Below, piece after piece: positions 10,878 through 21,583 of a DNA stretch of 64,000 bases (positions are counted from its first letter, which is position 1; each line of letters starts with the position of its first letter). The stretch comes from a virus. The position numbers and the translations under genes are program-made. Location of the stretch: the IMG/VR virus record IMGVR_UViG_3300045988_161114, positions 96,001 to 160,000 of that record. One strand, 5' to 3'. The notes under the pieces are model-generated. The model was not told the DNA's origin and searched no databases. It saw only the letters and a list, made by a program, of their open reading frames with translations.

Positions 10878-12101
10878 TTAGCCTTTACGTTGAATACGTG
10901 GGATATTGCTAACAATTGCTTGTGGAGGCAGAACAATTTCGTTAGGCTCGATGCTTACGTTGCGAGCAACAGAAATAGCTTGACCTTCGTTGAAGATTGC
11001 AATACCATAGCGTTCGCGGATTTTAACCTTTTTGATGTCTCTTGCTGGGTCATCCCATTCGTCCATAGTAGGATTCTCGATAACGCACAGAGCACCAAGT
11101 TCTTTAGTATCGATCATGATAATGTCAGTAGTTTTAGCTACTGGGTCGAAGCGTACATGTGGAGATGCGATAATACGCAGACCGGCAGTTCCAGGGAAGT
11201 ATGATGGGAGTTTGAATGTGCTTTCTTGAGTACCAACACGCTCGTTAGCGGTAGGATTGAAAGCAGTGTCGCCAGACATACGTGTAGCATTACGCCAAGC
11301 TTCAGGGATAAATTTACCTTGACCAATGTTAGAATTAGGCATTGTGCTGAACCATTCGTTCAGACCACCACCTTGCAATGCATATTCGCGCAGAACTGGA
11401 TCTTTAGCAAATGTAGCCCAAGCCAATGGGTGGCACAGAATTACGTCAGGAGTAAATCCACGTTCCAGAGTTGAGGCATACATATCATACATGTCATCAG
11501 CGGTGAATGAACCATTACCAGCACCAGACAGGTCACGACCAGTTGTACGACCGATCAGAGATTGATCAGGGTTCAGGTTGTCGAATACAACAACACCGGC
11601 GTTATTAATTACGTTGAAGATGTTTTCTTCACGGGCACGAGCCATAGCTTTACCCAATTCGCGCAGAGTGTAACCAACAACATCCCATTGGTTGTTATTC
11701 AGCATTTCTTCAGTAATGCGGACAGCCAAACCGTATTTACCGATAATGGCACTTACTTGTCCACCACCGTTAGTGGTGCTGAATTCTGGATATTCTTGGC
11801 CTTCCGCCATAGAGATATCACCAACATCGATTGCGCCTAGTGTACGGAATTTAACTTCGGTAACATATGGGCCATTAAATTCGATACGTTGTAGCAATGA
11901 TTGACCGATCAGGTTAGGCTCAATGCCTTCCAAAACGACTTCCTCAATAACACGCTTCATGATTGTAGCGATGTTAGGAGTTGCCAAAGTATCTTTAATT
12001 GACATCACTTCGCCAGTGATATCACGACCGTTGTTTTTAAACAGAGAGTGCAAGGTCTGTAGTTCGTCTCTGATATTCAGTTTATCTTCTGTTGTAGACA
12101 T
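10878..12101 (-). CDS. major capsid protein, HK97-fold type (407 aa)
   Basis: Size, position after portal/protease, GC-richer (highly expressed-type) codon usage and its own terminator. The sequence pattern (LIGQSLLQRIEF..., GKYGLAVRITEEML..., GFTPDVILCHPLAW...) recalls HK97-family coat proteins. Confidence 0.8.
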   Translation of the reverse strand: MSTTEDKLNIRDELQTLHSLFKNNGRDITGEVMSIKDTLATPNIATIMKRVIEEVVLEGIEPNLIGQSLLQRIEFNGPYVTEVKFRTLGAIDVGDISMAEGQEYPEFSTTNGGGQVSAIIGKYGLAVRITEEMLNNNQWDVVGYTLRELGKAMARAREENIFNVINNAGVVVFDNLNPDQSLIGRTTGRDLSGAGNGSFTADDMYDMYASTLERGFTPDVILCHPLAWATFAKDPVLREYALQGGGLNEWFSTMPNSNIGQGKFIPEAWRNATRMSGDTAFNPTANERVGTQESTFKLPSYFPGTAGLRIIASPHVRFDPVAKTTDIIMIDTKELGALCVIENPTMDEWDDPARDIKKVKIRERYGIAIFNEGQAISVARNVSIEPNEIVLPPQAIVSNIPRIQRKG

Positions 12102-12134
12102 ATTATGTATTTTCCTAATTTACTTTTTACTATC

Positions 12135-13007
12135 TTATCTATTTATAAGGTTAATACGAACTAAGCCATAGCCACCAGAATATGATAATTTGTGACCAAC
12201 ACCATCAGTCGCACTACCAGGCATCTTATTCAATTCGCCACCACCATTAGCTGATGTGCGAACATATTTCAACATGCTATTTGCACGAGGTTTAACAACT
12301 TGTAATACTTGACCAAGGACTTTGTCGCCTGTTTTCTCTGTAGTAACGATCAAGTTAGAGTTTTTGTCGAATGTAACGAAATCACCAGGTTTAACTGTTG
12401 TGAAGTCAGCGATTGTACCAGTGCCAGCCATAGGGCCTTTGGCAGCAATGAATGCAGCAATACCAGCCATAGGGGCTTTGGCGTAAACATCATCGCTTTC
12501 AACAATAGGCAATTCAATTACATAGTCAGTAGTGAATGTTACACGGTTTTGATAATTCAAGTTTTGGAAGTTCAGATCCAATGGATTAATACCATCACCG
12601 CCTGGGTTGCGCAGATAGTCGAAGAATGCAACACCAACTGGTGCAGAGACAGTAATGCCAGCAGCTTTCATTTTATCAGCAACTTTTTCGCCAGCTACAA
12701 CAGCTTTGCCATCTGGACCAATAACGCCTTCTTGTACATCAACTACAGTATAAGTAGCTTCAGAATCTAGGATACCAGCTGGAACCAAGTAACCATTGCT
12801 ATCAAATGCAACAACTTTACCAGTTGATACAACTACATGGGTGTATACTTCTTCGCCCTTGCCACGAACAAATGGCAGGTAAGGGGCAGGCATAAACTGA
12901 CCTGCAGGGTGCATACCCTCAGAGAACATCACCGCTGGGGTCTGCCAGTCACCTTTATTGTAGTGTTTTGTGTTTTGTTTTTTATTAATAGAATATGGTG
13001 AAAACAT
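12135..13007 (-). CDS. abundant head-associated protein (decoration/auxiliary capsid protein candidate, 290 aa)
   Basis: Lies between the protease/scaffold and the capsid gene, where lambda-like decoration genes sit. Shares the GC-richer codon usage of the capsid gene. Confidence 0.4.
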   Translation of the reverse strand: MFSPYSINKKQNTKHYNKGDWQTPAVMFSEGMHPAGQFMPAPYLPFVRGKGEEVYTHVVVSTGKVVAFDSNGYLVPAGILDSEATYTVVDVQEGVIGPDGKAVVAGEKVADKMKAAGITVSAPVGVAFFDYLRNPGGDGINPLDLNFQNLNYQNRVTFTTDYVIELPIVESDDVYAKAPMAGIAAFIAAKGPMAGTGTIADFTTVKPGDFVTFDKNSNLIVTTEKTGDKVLGQVLQVVKPRANSMLKYVRTSANGGGELNKMPGSATDGVGHKLSYSGGYGLVRINLINR

Positions 13008-13034
13008 ATTTTAAAACTCCGCTATTAGTAGCTA

Positions 13035-14678
13035 TTATGCATTAATTTTTGCATTGCGTTTAAATTGTAAAGCTTTTGTTAGGCCCTGCTCTTTAAGAAC
13101 TCGTTTGTATTCTGCTTCAAGTTCTTTTTTATCCTTAAAGACTAAATTCTGTTCGTCTTTAATTTGGTGTTCAGCTTCGCCTTTTTCTTTACCAGTATCT
13201 GTTTGCCCTTCGCCATCAACGGAGTCTGTAATTGTCAGCCCATCTTTAGGAAGAGTATTTTTCTCTTGAGAGTCTTCTACTTTAGTACCCTCTGCATCTT
13301 TAACATCTGTATTCTCTTTTATTTCTTTTTGTTGAGAATCTTTGATGTCTTGTAATTTATCCATCAGAGAATCAATTGATCTTTCTTTCAATCTCTCTAT
13401 TTTATCAGAGTCTTCAATTTTATCAAGAGCTGAAATTTGAGAAATTAATGAATCACGAAGTTGTGTTTCAAGTTCAATTACTTTGCTTGAAAGAATTTGA
13501 TTTTCTTTTGCCAATGCTTTTGTTCTTGCACTTTGATATGAGCTAGCTTTGATACCAAGAGAGTCTTGAATTTTAGCAACCACTAGGTCAGCTAATGCGC
13601 TAGTGTCGATACTGTCTTTAACAACTACTTTTGGCTCTTCAGTTACTTTAGCTCCCTCAATTACAGAGACGTAATCTGTTACACCAAGCTCAGACAGTTT
13701 TTCATCTATAAGCTGCAAGATACTTTGTTTATCTTCTGAATCTTCAATTTTTGTAATGAAGAAATCTTTAGCCAATGATGCGCTTAAAGCATCAGAAATC
13801 GGGAATGACTGTTCTTCGATAAAGATATAATTTGATTTATCTTTGATATCTGTAGGACATACAAAGTCTTTGATCCCTAATTCCTTAGCGTGGTCTACAA
13901 GGATGTCATTTGATTTATCAAGTTCGTCCAGTTTTACCATTGTTGTATTGCCTTGTGTTAATGTTTCAAAATCTAATATTGATAAATACGATCTATGCTC
14001 TTCGGCGTCTCGTATTAATGTTGATACTGCTTTTTTATCTGCAGGGACATCTACATATGATACATGTTCAAAAACCATATCTCCACCGATGTAGAAGCAT
14101 GGCTCGCCATTGTACTTGGCTCCCCTCATATGCCTGTGGCCATTTTTAACACTTTCACCACAAATAGAACATATAGCAGATTTAGCATTACCGCCAACAG
14201 ATACAGAAACATATTTGTTGTCTAATATCTTATTAATAGCGTCTGGATCTGTAATCTTTGCTATAAGCTCAACATGACCCAACCCCTTATAATCACTCTT
14301 TCTGTAATTAGGGCTTTTTATAAAATCTTTTATTTCTTTGATGGAATTCTTGCTAACAGGATTAAGAAGTTTTTCCGGAGCATCACTATAGGATATATAA
14401 TTAGCTTCAATTACACGGCCAAGAGTTTCCGAATCATCTAAATGATCTCTTGTAACTCTTTTAGCATATGGACGTATAAAACTCTTAGCGCCGCTGCTCA
14501 TTCCATATGGAGAATAATACCAGTAGTTCCCATTTACTTTACCGGAATGTGTTGCCTCCATTTTAACGGTGACACTTTTCAACTTCCCGGATTTTAGAGA
14601 GTCTTGAATTTTTACTTCTAGATCTCTATCTATATCTACTATAGTTGGGATACCTAACTTTTCTGAAAACTGATTCAA
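13035..14678 (-). CDS. prohead protease (HK97/S78-like) fused to a coiled-coil scaffold-like C-terminal half (547 aa)
   Basis: Motifs VTRDHLDDSETLGRV (His), YVSVSVGG (Ser) and EHVSYVDVPAD resemble prohead serine proteases. The C-terminal ~250 aa is acidic and heptad-rich. 4-nt overlap with the portal gene. Confidence 0.6.
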   Translation of the reverse strand: MNQFSEKLGIPTIVDIDRDLEVKIQDSLKSGKLKSVTVKMEATHSGKVNGNYWYYSPYGMSSGAKSFIRPYAKRVTRDHLDDSETLGRVIEANYISYSDAPEKLLNPVSKNSIKEIKDFIKSPNYRKSDYKGLGHVELIAKITDPDAINKILDNKYVSVSVGGNAKSAICSICGESVKNGHRHMRGAKYNGEPCFYIGGDMVFEHVSYVDVPADKKAVSTLIRDAEEHRSYLSILDFETLTQGNTTMVKLDELDKSNDILVDHAKELGIKDFVCPTDIKDKSNYIFIEEQSFPISDALSASLAKDFFITKIEDSEDKQSILQLIDEKLSELGVTDYVSVIEGAKVTEEPKVVVKDSIDTSALADLVVAKIQDSLGIKASSYQSARTKALAKENQILSSKVIELETQLRDSLISQISALDKIEDSDKIERLKERSIDSLMDKLQDIKDSQQKEIKENTDVKDAEGTKVEDSQEKNTLPKDGLTITDSVDGEGQTDTGKEKGEAEHQIKDEQNLVFKDKKELEAEYKRVLKEQGLTKALQFKRNAKINA

Positions 14679-16459
14679 ACTAAGTCCCCTAATGTAATAT
14701 ACGTGTCAAATAGGATATTGTCAATATCCTTTATTGTATTTTCGCTATCTCTTAACTCTGATATTTCTAATGCTGCAAGAGAACTTATATCATCTATTAT
14801 ATTATCTGAAAATATATTCGTCTTGTCAATGCTGCATTTTAAATAATTTGATATTGTTTGAGAAGTTATGTTAATATCGTTTCTGGATTTAACAATACTA
14901 TCTAACAATTCTATTGGGGAGCATAATTCTAAAGAATCAGTATATTGGTTAGATGGAGATACTTTTGACTTAGTAGCGGATTTACTTCCATCACTCTTTG
15001 TAGAGTTTCCGGAACTATTCGTTTCCTTTGCAGAAGCTGCTGCTGTTTTAGCAGATATTCTAGTAGACTCTGCTGAAGCCTTATTTAAGTCAACCTCTGT
15101 AGGAGGCAGTATATATTCTTTTTCTTTACCAATATTTTTTATTTGCTCTTCAGATAGCTCTCTATATCCATTCTCTTTTCTTGCTTCATTGAATGTCAAT
15201 AGTCCACTATTAAACATATTTAATATGTGTGATTCTGATTTTATTTGTGAATCTTGATCAACATTATTGAATTCAAATGATACAAGGTCTTCGTCAGATA
15301 TTTCATATTCGGCAGCGTACATTCCAGATTCTACAAGAAGCGGCTTAAAGAATCTTTGTGTAATAAAGTCTGCAATTACATGTTGCATATTTATTACTGC
15401 TTCTTTTAATGTCTGTGATACTATCTGTCCTGTTGCTTTGCCAGATGAATCACCTATACCCATATCTAGGTCTGAAACACCAAGTCCAAGCATTACTCTA
15501 TCTTTGAAATATTCTAGGTATGTCTCAACACGAAGAGCTAATGATTCTGCACCTATAGCCTTTATCTCAACTCTTTCGTTTGTAGTTACACCACCGTAAT
15601 CGTCCAAATCAGACATAACACTAGTCATAGAAGCCACTTCATCTTCGCCGTTACTTAATATAGTTGCAGGTTTAGACTCTGTACCAACTTTGACGTGGAT
15701 AAGTGGGAACAGGGACTTATATATTAATGTTTCTACTGATTCTTCGATTCTTCTCAATGCCATTATGTCGTCTTTTACAGACTCTAATGGCGGCGTACCC
15801 ATAGTAAACCCTGTACGTTTATTATAGGTTAGGTGAGCAATCTTTTCAGGTTTAAAGATCCTAAAGTTGTTAGAATCTATATATTGCCTATATACAGATA
15901 TTTCACCATTTGGCTTTATCTTCCGCTGCATTGACTCAGTTGGAAGATTGAACCATCCAGCTATAGGTTCAATTTCGTTACCATCTATAGATACAGTTTT
16001 ACCATTGGATTTGTCTTTATCTCTAACAAGGACGACGTATGCATTATGAAACATAATAAGGTTATTTGTCAATTCCTCAACAAATGACTTAAATGTAACA
16101 CCTGATACATATTCTATCTCGCGCAATCTTTGCTTGATATATTCTATGTTTGCATCGTTATTTGATTTAAAGAAATATCCGTTTTTAAATATAAGAGCAC
16201 GTTTTCTTTCAAATGCCCTAGCAACAATTGCTTCTGTATCTATTATTCTAGAATATTCAAAGAGGTCATATTCATGACCTCTGTATCCAGATTCATCATT
16301 CCTATAATATCTTCTAGACCCAAAATATGAATATCCTGGAGTATCTAGTCTTCTTTTAGGAATCTTATTAGCAGTCTTTACAGCATTGGAAAATATTTTT
16401 CTATCACCAATAGGTAGATAATTAGTCTCCATTATGATGTGAGCGTCTAATGCGTCCAT
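14675..16459 (-). CDS. portal protein candidate (594 aa)
   Basis: Size and position immediately upstream of protease/scaffold and capsid genes. No specific motif verified. Confidence 0.6.
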   Translation of the reverse strand: MDALDAHIIMETNYLPIGDRKIFSNAVKTANKIPKRRLDTPGYSYFGSRRYYRNDESGYRGHEYDLFEYSRIIDTEAIVARAFERKRALIFKNGYFFKSNNDANIEYIKQRLREIEYVSGVTFKSFVEELTNNLIMFHNAYVVLVRDKDKSNGKTVSIDGNEIEPIAGWFNLPTESMQRKIKPNGEISVYRQYIDSNNFRIFKPEKIAHLTYNKRTGFTMGTPPLESVKDDIMALRRIEESVETLIYKSLFPLIHVKVGTESKPATILSNGEDEVASMTSVMSDLDDYGGVTTNERVEIKAIGAESLALRVETYLEYFKDRVMLGLGVSDLDMGIGDSSGKATGQIVSQTLKEAVINMQHVIADFITQRFFKPLLVESGMYAAEYEISDEDLVSFEFNNVDQDSQIKSESHILNMFNSGLLTFNEARKENGYRELSEEQIKNIGKEKEYILPPTEVDLNKASAESTRISAKTAAASAKETNSSGNSTKSDGSKSATKSKVSPSNQYTDSLELCSPIELLDSIVKSRNDINITSQTISNYLKCSIDKTNIFSDNIIDDISSLAALEISELRDSENTIKDIDNILFDTYITLGDLV

Positions 16460-18354
16460 TAAATATCTCCGCCAAGGTTGTTTAATATATTGCTTAACTC
16501 TTCATCACTAGCACAATCTAACATATTGATGCCGAGGTTTTTACCTGGGGACAATGTTGCAACGATATTACGAACAGATTCACTTTCTTGTCTAGGAGTT
16601 ATATCTTCTGTGCCGTTTGTAGTTATAGCAGTTGTTGTACCATCAGGATTTGTAACGGTATTTGAAGTAGGAAGACTTGGAGTCTTCTTATTTATAAGCT
16701 TGTTAATATAGTCATCATTTACAAAGATTATATCAGCTTCTGTTTTAGGATTTTTAACTGTGCCGTCATATTTGTTTATTAATGATATGATGTTTTTGAT
16801 ATGATCTGGCAAATCCCATCCATCATCATCACGTATAGGCACTATCATTTTGTCATCTGGCGGCGTAGTGAACTTATCTTCAGGAGTTATTGTTATTGTC
16901 CATCCGCCATTATCTAACCCAGGTATATTGTCAGTAGGTATGCCGTGGTCAACTATCTCTTTTATTATATTAGGGATTTTTACAGAATTTGTAAAGTCCT
17001 CAAGATTACATGAGTAAAATGATAAGTTGTTCGGATTAGAATCTTTATTCTTATTGTCTTTGTCAACTATAAATGCAGTAGGGTTACCTTTGTCATCTGT
17101 CAGGATTTCAACATCACTTTCTATTGTTTCTGCAATTATAGATCCTATGTTCTCAACAGAAAGATTTCCGGCTATATCGCTTACGTCATTGTCGTTTAAA
17201 GCATTGCTTCCATCTACAGGAGTGTTACATAGTTTTTCATATGCACTCTTACCAGCCTTAAATCTTATTATATATCTTAGCAGATTAGCTAATGCCATCA
17301 ATTCTGATATATTGGACAAATAATTAGATATTGATATACCAGACCTAGATGGTTCACATGAATAATGATTTAGCAATGCTGCCAATTCAGCTATGCTGTT
17401 ATTCAATGACTCAACACTCTTATTAATTGTATTCTTGAGTGGAGCAAATGTTTCTTCTGCATACGATTGAATAGAGGATGTAGCAGTATTAGAAAGATTA
17501 TTCACCCTTGAAGAATAAGCGTCTCTAATTGTAGCAGTTTGTTTCTTAAGATTCGTATCATATGCGCCATTAAGAAACTCTTCACTTACACCAAGTTTTT
17601 TAAGATCTTCAGATGAAGACTGTCTTATATTTTCTGGTGTTGGCAACTGATTTATTATGGAATCTATTGCATCCAGTATGCACAATACAGGAGTTAGCGC
17701 GAATCTTGCTAGTATAGCTATATTTTTTACTAAAGCCTCTATTATAGCAGACAATATACCATTTATGAAAGCTGCTATAGTTATTCTTGGTAGATTAATG
17801 TTAGACATTAATTTAACTATTGCCGCTAGTATTAAAGATAAAAGCTTTAAAAGATCAGGTATGCATAGGTATGAAAAGAAATATGAGTATTGGCATATGT
17901 TAGATTTTTTATATTTAAACATATGTTCAAATTGACTAAGTGCTGACTGTATATCAGCTATAAGTCTGTCAAATATACCAGAAAAGTCAAACTTAGGTTT
18001 AGGAATAGAACAGTTAAAACAATCGTTACTAACTTTTCTTATAGCAGATGCAACTGCAGCATTTGTTATGCCATTTTCAGTTGTGTTACCACTGTCATTT
18101 TGATCATTTTGGTTTTCATCTTGTCTACTATTTTTGGAATCATCATCTATTAAAGATGCTGAATTCACTGCACTATCTATATAATCTGTTATCTGATTAT
18201 GTAAATTGTCTAACTCTATATATAAAGATGCTGGAACCTGAATTAAGCATCCATTTTCTTGCAAAGCTTTTGCAAAGTGGTCAACAATTTGTTGTGCATA
18301 TGCAGTAGCGTATGCTGTGTTGTCCGTAGAGGACACTTTTCTTTCTAATTCCAT
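16459..18354 (-). CDS. hypothetical protein with a central hydrophobic segment (631 aa); internal virion/ejection protein candidate
   Basis: Long ORF between terminase and portal. ~70-aa hydrophobic stretch (YFFSYLCIPDLLKLLSLILAAIVKL...ILARFALTPVLCILDAI). Confidence 0.65.
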   Translation of the reverse strand: MELERKVSSTDNTAYATAYAQQIVDHFAKALQENGCLIQVPASLYIELDNLHNQITDYIDSAVNSASLIDDDSKNSRQDENQNDQNDSGNTTENGITNAAVASAIRKVSNDCFNCSIPKPKFDFSGIFDRLIADIQSALSQFEHMFKYKKSNICQYSYFFSYLCIPDLLKLLSLILAAIVKLMSNINLPRITIAAFINGILSAIIEALVKNIAILARFALTPVLCILDAIDSIINQLPTPENIRQSSSEDLKKLGVSEEFLNGAYDTNLKKQTATIRDAYSSRVNNLSNTATSSIQSYAEETFAPLKNTINKSVESLNNSIAELAALLNHYSCEPSRSGISISNYLSNISELMALANLLRYIIRFKAGKSAYEKLCNTPVDGSNALNDNDVSDIAGNLSVENIGSIIAETIESDVEILTDDKGNPTAFIVDKDNKNKDSNPNNLSFYSCNLEDFTNSVKIPNIIKEIVDHGIPTDNIPGLDNGGWTITITPEDKFTTPPDDKMIVPIRDDDGWDLPDHIKNIISLINKYDGTVKNPKTEADIIFVNDDYINKLINKKTPSLPTSNTVTNPDGTTTAITTNGTEDITPRQESESVRNIVATLSPGKNLGINMLDCASDEELSNILNNLGGDI

Positions 18355-18362
18355 AAAATTCC

Positions 18363-18944
18363 TTATACTACATTAGGTGTTAGGTATGGCGGTATTGTAG
18401 GTGTTGCCGCCTGAGGATTAATTATAGATCTTCTTGCTCTTGGCGTAGCATCACCTATAGTTCCTGATCCTACAACTATTGTATTAACTAAATTCGTTGT
18501 TGCTCCAGATGTATTTGAGTATTGATTTGGAATTGTCCCAGTTTGCCAATTAACACCAGATGGTTCTTCTGGAACTTGAGTCTGAAGCATATCATTTGGC
18601 ATAGTAGACCGTTGTGCTTCCACTAGGGTAGTTAGAGGAACAGGCCCGGTTGGTCCATATGCATGAGGATGAAAGTGTGGAGGAATAGTATGCACATGCT
18701 GTGGTATTGTATGTGTATGAGGTGTAATACCATGAGTATGTTTGGCTAATGCTGCGCCCTGCTTAGTAAGCTTTTCCTCTATTGATGACATCCATTTTGT
18801 CAGGTTTTCCATGAAAGTTGTAAAGTCTTGATGATTTACAAAATCTTCTGCCATAAATGGATATATTCTCATATACAACTCTGCTCTATGTTGAGCAGTT
18901 ATACTGTTCTGAGTTAAATCTGTAAATAATGTAGCATCTGTCAT
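18363..18944 (-). CDS. HxH-heptad repeat protein (193 aa), metal-binding fibre/spike-like
   Basis: aa 69-94 = HTHGITP HTHTIPQ HVHTIPP HFHPH (nt 18663-18740), four 7-residue HxH repeats. Confidence 0.7.
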   Translation of the reverse strand: MTDATLFTDLTQNSITAQHRAELYMRIYPFMAEDFVNHQDFTTFMENLTKWMSSIEEKLTKQGAALAKHTHGITPHTHTIPQHVHTIPPHFHPHAYGPTGPVPLTTLVEAQRSTMPNDMLQTQVPEEPSGVNWQTGTIPNQYSNTSGATTNLVNTIVVGSGTIGDATPRARRSIINPQAATPTIPPYLTPNVV

Positions 18945-19222
18945 TTTATTAGTTCAGAGGCTTTAGCTGCCCCAGCCTTATAAACAACCCTCATGCATTG
19001 TGTTACCATTTCGAAGGTTATATATGCCTTACCATCTACTACCTTATCACTACCGAATAATGACACTATTGCTGTTATTATTTCAGGATTCTTTTCTTGT
19101 GATACAGCAACTCTTAAATCTTTTAATTTCTCGAATAACGAGGACTTAGCGTTAACTAAGTCCTCTATTATTTTCATTACATCTGATAGTTCTACTTGAT
19201 TAGAGCTCATATGAAACCTCAA
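18941..19222 (-). CDS. hypothetical small protein (93 aa)
   Basis: ORF with 4-nt overlap downstream and 23-nt overlap upstream, in the operon. Confidence 0.55.
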   Translation of the reverse strand: MRFHMSSNQVELSDVMKIIEDLVNAKSSLFEKLKDLRVAVSQEKNPEIITAIVSLFGSDKVVDGKAYITFEMVTQCMRVVYKAGAAKASELIK

Positions 19223-19619
19223 GAGGAAGGTTGTTTATAGAACCTATATCTGATTTTGCTTTTACATGTACAAAGAACGGTATTAATGAGTATGGTTGTA
19301 ATGGTCCATTTATATTTATACTATTATAATTCGGAACATCATCAAACTCATAGTGCGATGGTGTTACTGCACCAGGAAGCAATTTGATATCAAATCTACT
19401 ACTTAAAGTTTCAGATTCTATAGGCTTAATGCTAACTTTTGATAGCGATTTAGATGAAACTGCAATCATCAGTTTGTGTACTATTGGGCCATATGAATTG
19501 CTACTTAGAATATAGCTAGAACCAATCTCTTTTATAGTCTCATCAATTGGATCAAAATAGCATATGCCAACATCCGATTGTACTGTCTCGCTTGTAACTG
19601 TTATATTGTTAGCATCCAT
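19200..19619 (-). CDS. hypothetical protein (139 aa)
   Basis: ORF 14 nt downstream of the terminase gene. Confidence 0.6.
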   Translation of the reverse strand: MDANNITVTSETVQSDVGICYFDPIDETIKEIGSSYILSSNSYGPIVHKLMIAVSSKSLSKVSIKPIESETLSSRFDIKLLPGAVTPSHYEFDDVPNYNSININGPLQPYSLIPFFVHVKAKSDIGSINNLPLEVSYEL

Positions 19620-19633
19620 ACTTAATTTTATTC

Positions 19634-21583
19634 CTATCTATATGTTTTACTCATATTCGATCTATAATCCTTGAATTTACCATATGCACTACTTCTTGTA
19701 ATAAGTTTTCCAGCTCTACCAGAGCTTGGTTTAACTAATCCAGACCTTCCATAAAGTCTTTTAGCATCTCTGGATAATTCATCAGTTGTTTTTCTTTTCT
19801 CTATAGTAGTTTGACTATTATAACCCTTATACGTTTGTTTTTCAAAAGGCAAAATTGTGTACTCTGAATATCGTCTAGTGTCAAGGATTGACTCGTATTT
19901 CATGTGCAGTCCACATACAGCTATCATAAATGCGTCTAGGTCATGATCGCCAACCTCAGGATTTTTGGCTTCATATATCTCTCTGCCAGAAGCGTTTCTT
20001 GTTTTTACAACATAACCCTTCATTTGCTCAACAATAGGCTCAGCTAGTTTATTGTTTAGTGAGATGAGACCTTTTTCAAGCATCCTTTTTACTGTTTCTA
20101 CCATAAAGTTTTTATAGTATTTTTTACGTATTTCTCCTGTAACTACGTCTACAAGATCCAATGTAGAAGAGAAGTTTACTGGCTGTACATTTGCCAATCT
20201 TAGGTCTGGATGATCTTTTGGCAATTTACCATATGCATCTAATGCAACCAGTTTAAGTTGTTGTACGTTTGCCTCACCAAATCCTTCATCTACGAATATG
20301 AAGTCTGGGATGTATTGCCTATTTAACTCTTTTATTTTTTCTACTGCTGCTACCTGAGTCCATCCCTCTTTCCTAACATTGTCCATTGAGCATACAAAAA
20401 CCTTATCTTCCTTTTTAGAGTATGCAACTATACATATGCGCGTACCAACTTTATCGGCGTTCCAGTCACATCCAAGTATAAGGATATAGTCTTGCCTATT
20501 CATAAGTACATCTGCTATAGGTGCATCAAGTTTTATTTCTTCCGCCCTTGTTATGAATTCAGTTTGGAATACTGCATTGTCAGCAACACCATACTCCGCC
20601 TGAATCTCTTGGATGTAACCCATTACAGAGGTTGAAGACCTTAGGTCTTTATCCATTTCATCGCTGTAGTGAGGAATAACGAATGATGGGAAATGGAACT
20701 CTTTGTACTCTTTAGAATTTGATAACTTAAATAGAATGTTCTCACCCATTGGTGTAGATGTACATGTAAACTCTGTATCCTTTTTATCCATAAGAATTGC
20801 GATTACAGAGTCGAATGCAGCCTTAGTTAAGAAGTCTGCTTCGTCTATTATTAGCCAGTTAGCACCTTGACCACGAATTGAGCCACCATCATTACCAGCA
20901 GTAAATGCTTTTAGTGTAGAACCGTTTTTTAACGTTATCTTTTGATATGGTGATGCAACAGATTGAGATACTAAAGAACTCCATGATCCAATTTCTGGAT
21001 TTATTTTTCTTAATAGTTTTCTAACTGTGTCTGTTATCTCTTTTGCTTGTGATTCAAATGGGGTCACTACAAGGATTTGGTAGTTTTCATTCTTAACTAA
21101 TCTATCAACAATATCTATTGCTAGTCCAAATGTTTTACCGGCGCGTCGTCCGCATCGAATAGTTTTCTTCTTAGCGGAACATACAACCATCATTTCCTGA
21201 TGCCATCTTCTTGCAAACAGTCTTTTATCTGGGTCTTCCTGATCTATATCTATATTGGCGTCTGCCCAAGCATACGGATTCTTTGTTTGCTCTATTTTAC
21301 CAAGCTCTTCGTCTGAGAAGTTAGCTTTTAATTCATCAGGCATTTTACCTATTATAGTTTTAGGACCGCTACATTCTATTGTTATAGCCCCATACTTTTT
21401 GATTTGGTTCATCTGACAGATTCTACACATCTCTTTTGGATCAGTATTATAATTCTTTTTCTTCAGATAATCTTTCCAGTATGTTTCGTAAAGACCTAAT
21501 ATACTGCTAGCAACCTTATCGTCTGGAACATCTATTTCAGGACTATTAATTTTACTTTCATCAACTATTGGTATTACACCCAT
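19634..21583 (-). CDS. terL: terminase large subunit (649 aa)
   Basis: Walker A RCGRRAGKTFG and Walker B NWLIIDEADF, with a C-terminal nuclease-sized domain. Typical size and position ahead of the portal. Confidence 0.88.
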   Translation of the reverse strand: MGVIPIVDESKINSPEIDVPDDKVASSILGLYETYWKDYLKKKNYNTDPKEMCRICQMNQIKKYGAITIECSGPKTIIGKMPDELKANFSDEELGKIEQTKNPYAWADANIDIDQEDPDKRLFARRWHQEMMVVCSAKKKTIRCGRRAGKTFGLAIDIVDRLVKNENYQILVVTPFESQAKEITDTVRKLLRKINPEIGSWSSLVSQSVASPYQKITLKNGSTLKAFTAGNDGGSIRGQGANWLIIDEADFLTKAAFDSVIAILMDKKDTEFTCTSTPMGENILFKLSNSKEYKEFHFPSFVIPHYSDEMDKDLRSSTSVMGYIQEIQAEYGVADNAVFQTEFITRAEEIKLDAPIADVLMNRQDYILILGCDWNADKVGTRICIVAYSKKEDKVFVCSMDNVRKEGWTQVAAVEKIKELNRQYIPDFIFVDEGFGEANVQQLKLVALDAYGKLPKDHPDLRLANVQPVNFSSTLDLVDVVTGEIRKKYYKNFMVETVKRMLEKGLISLNNKLAEPIVEQMKGYVVKTRNASGREIYEAKNPEVGDHDLDAFMIAVCGLHMKYESILDTRRYSEYTILPFEKQTYKGYNSQTTIEKRKTTDELSRDAKRLYGRSGLVKPSSGRAGKLITRSSAYGKFKDYRSNMSKTYR

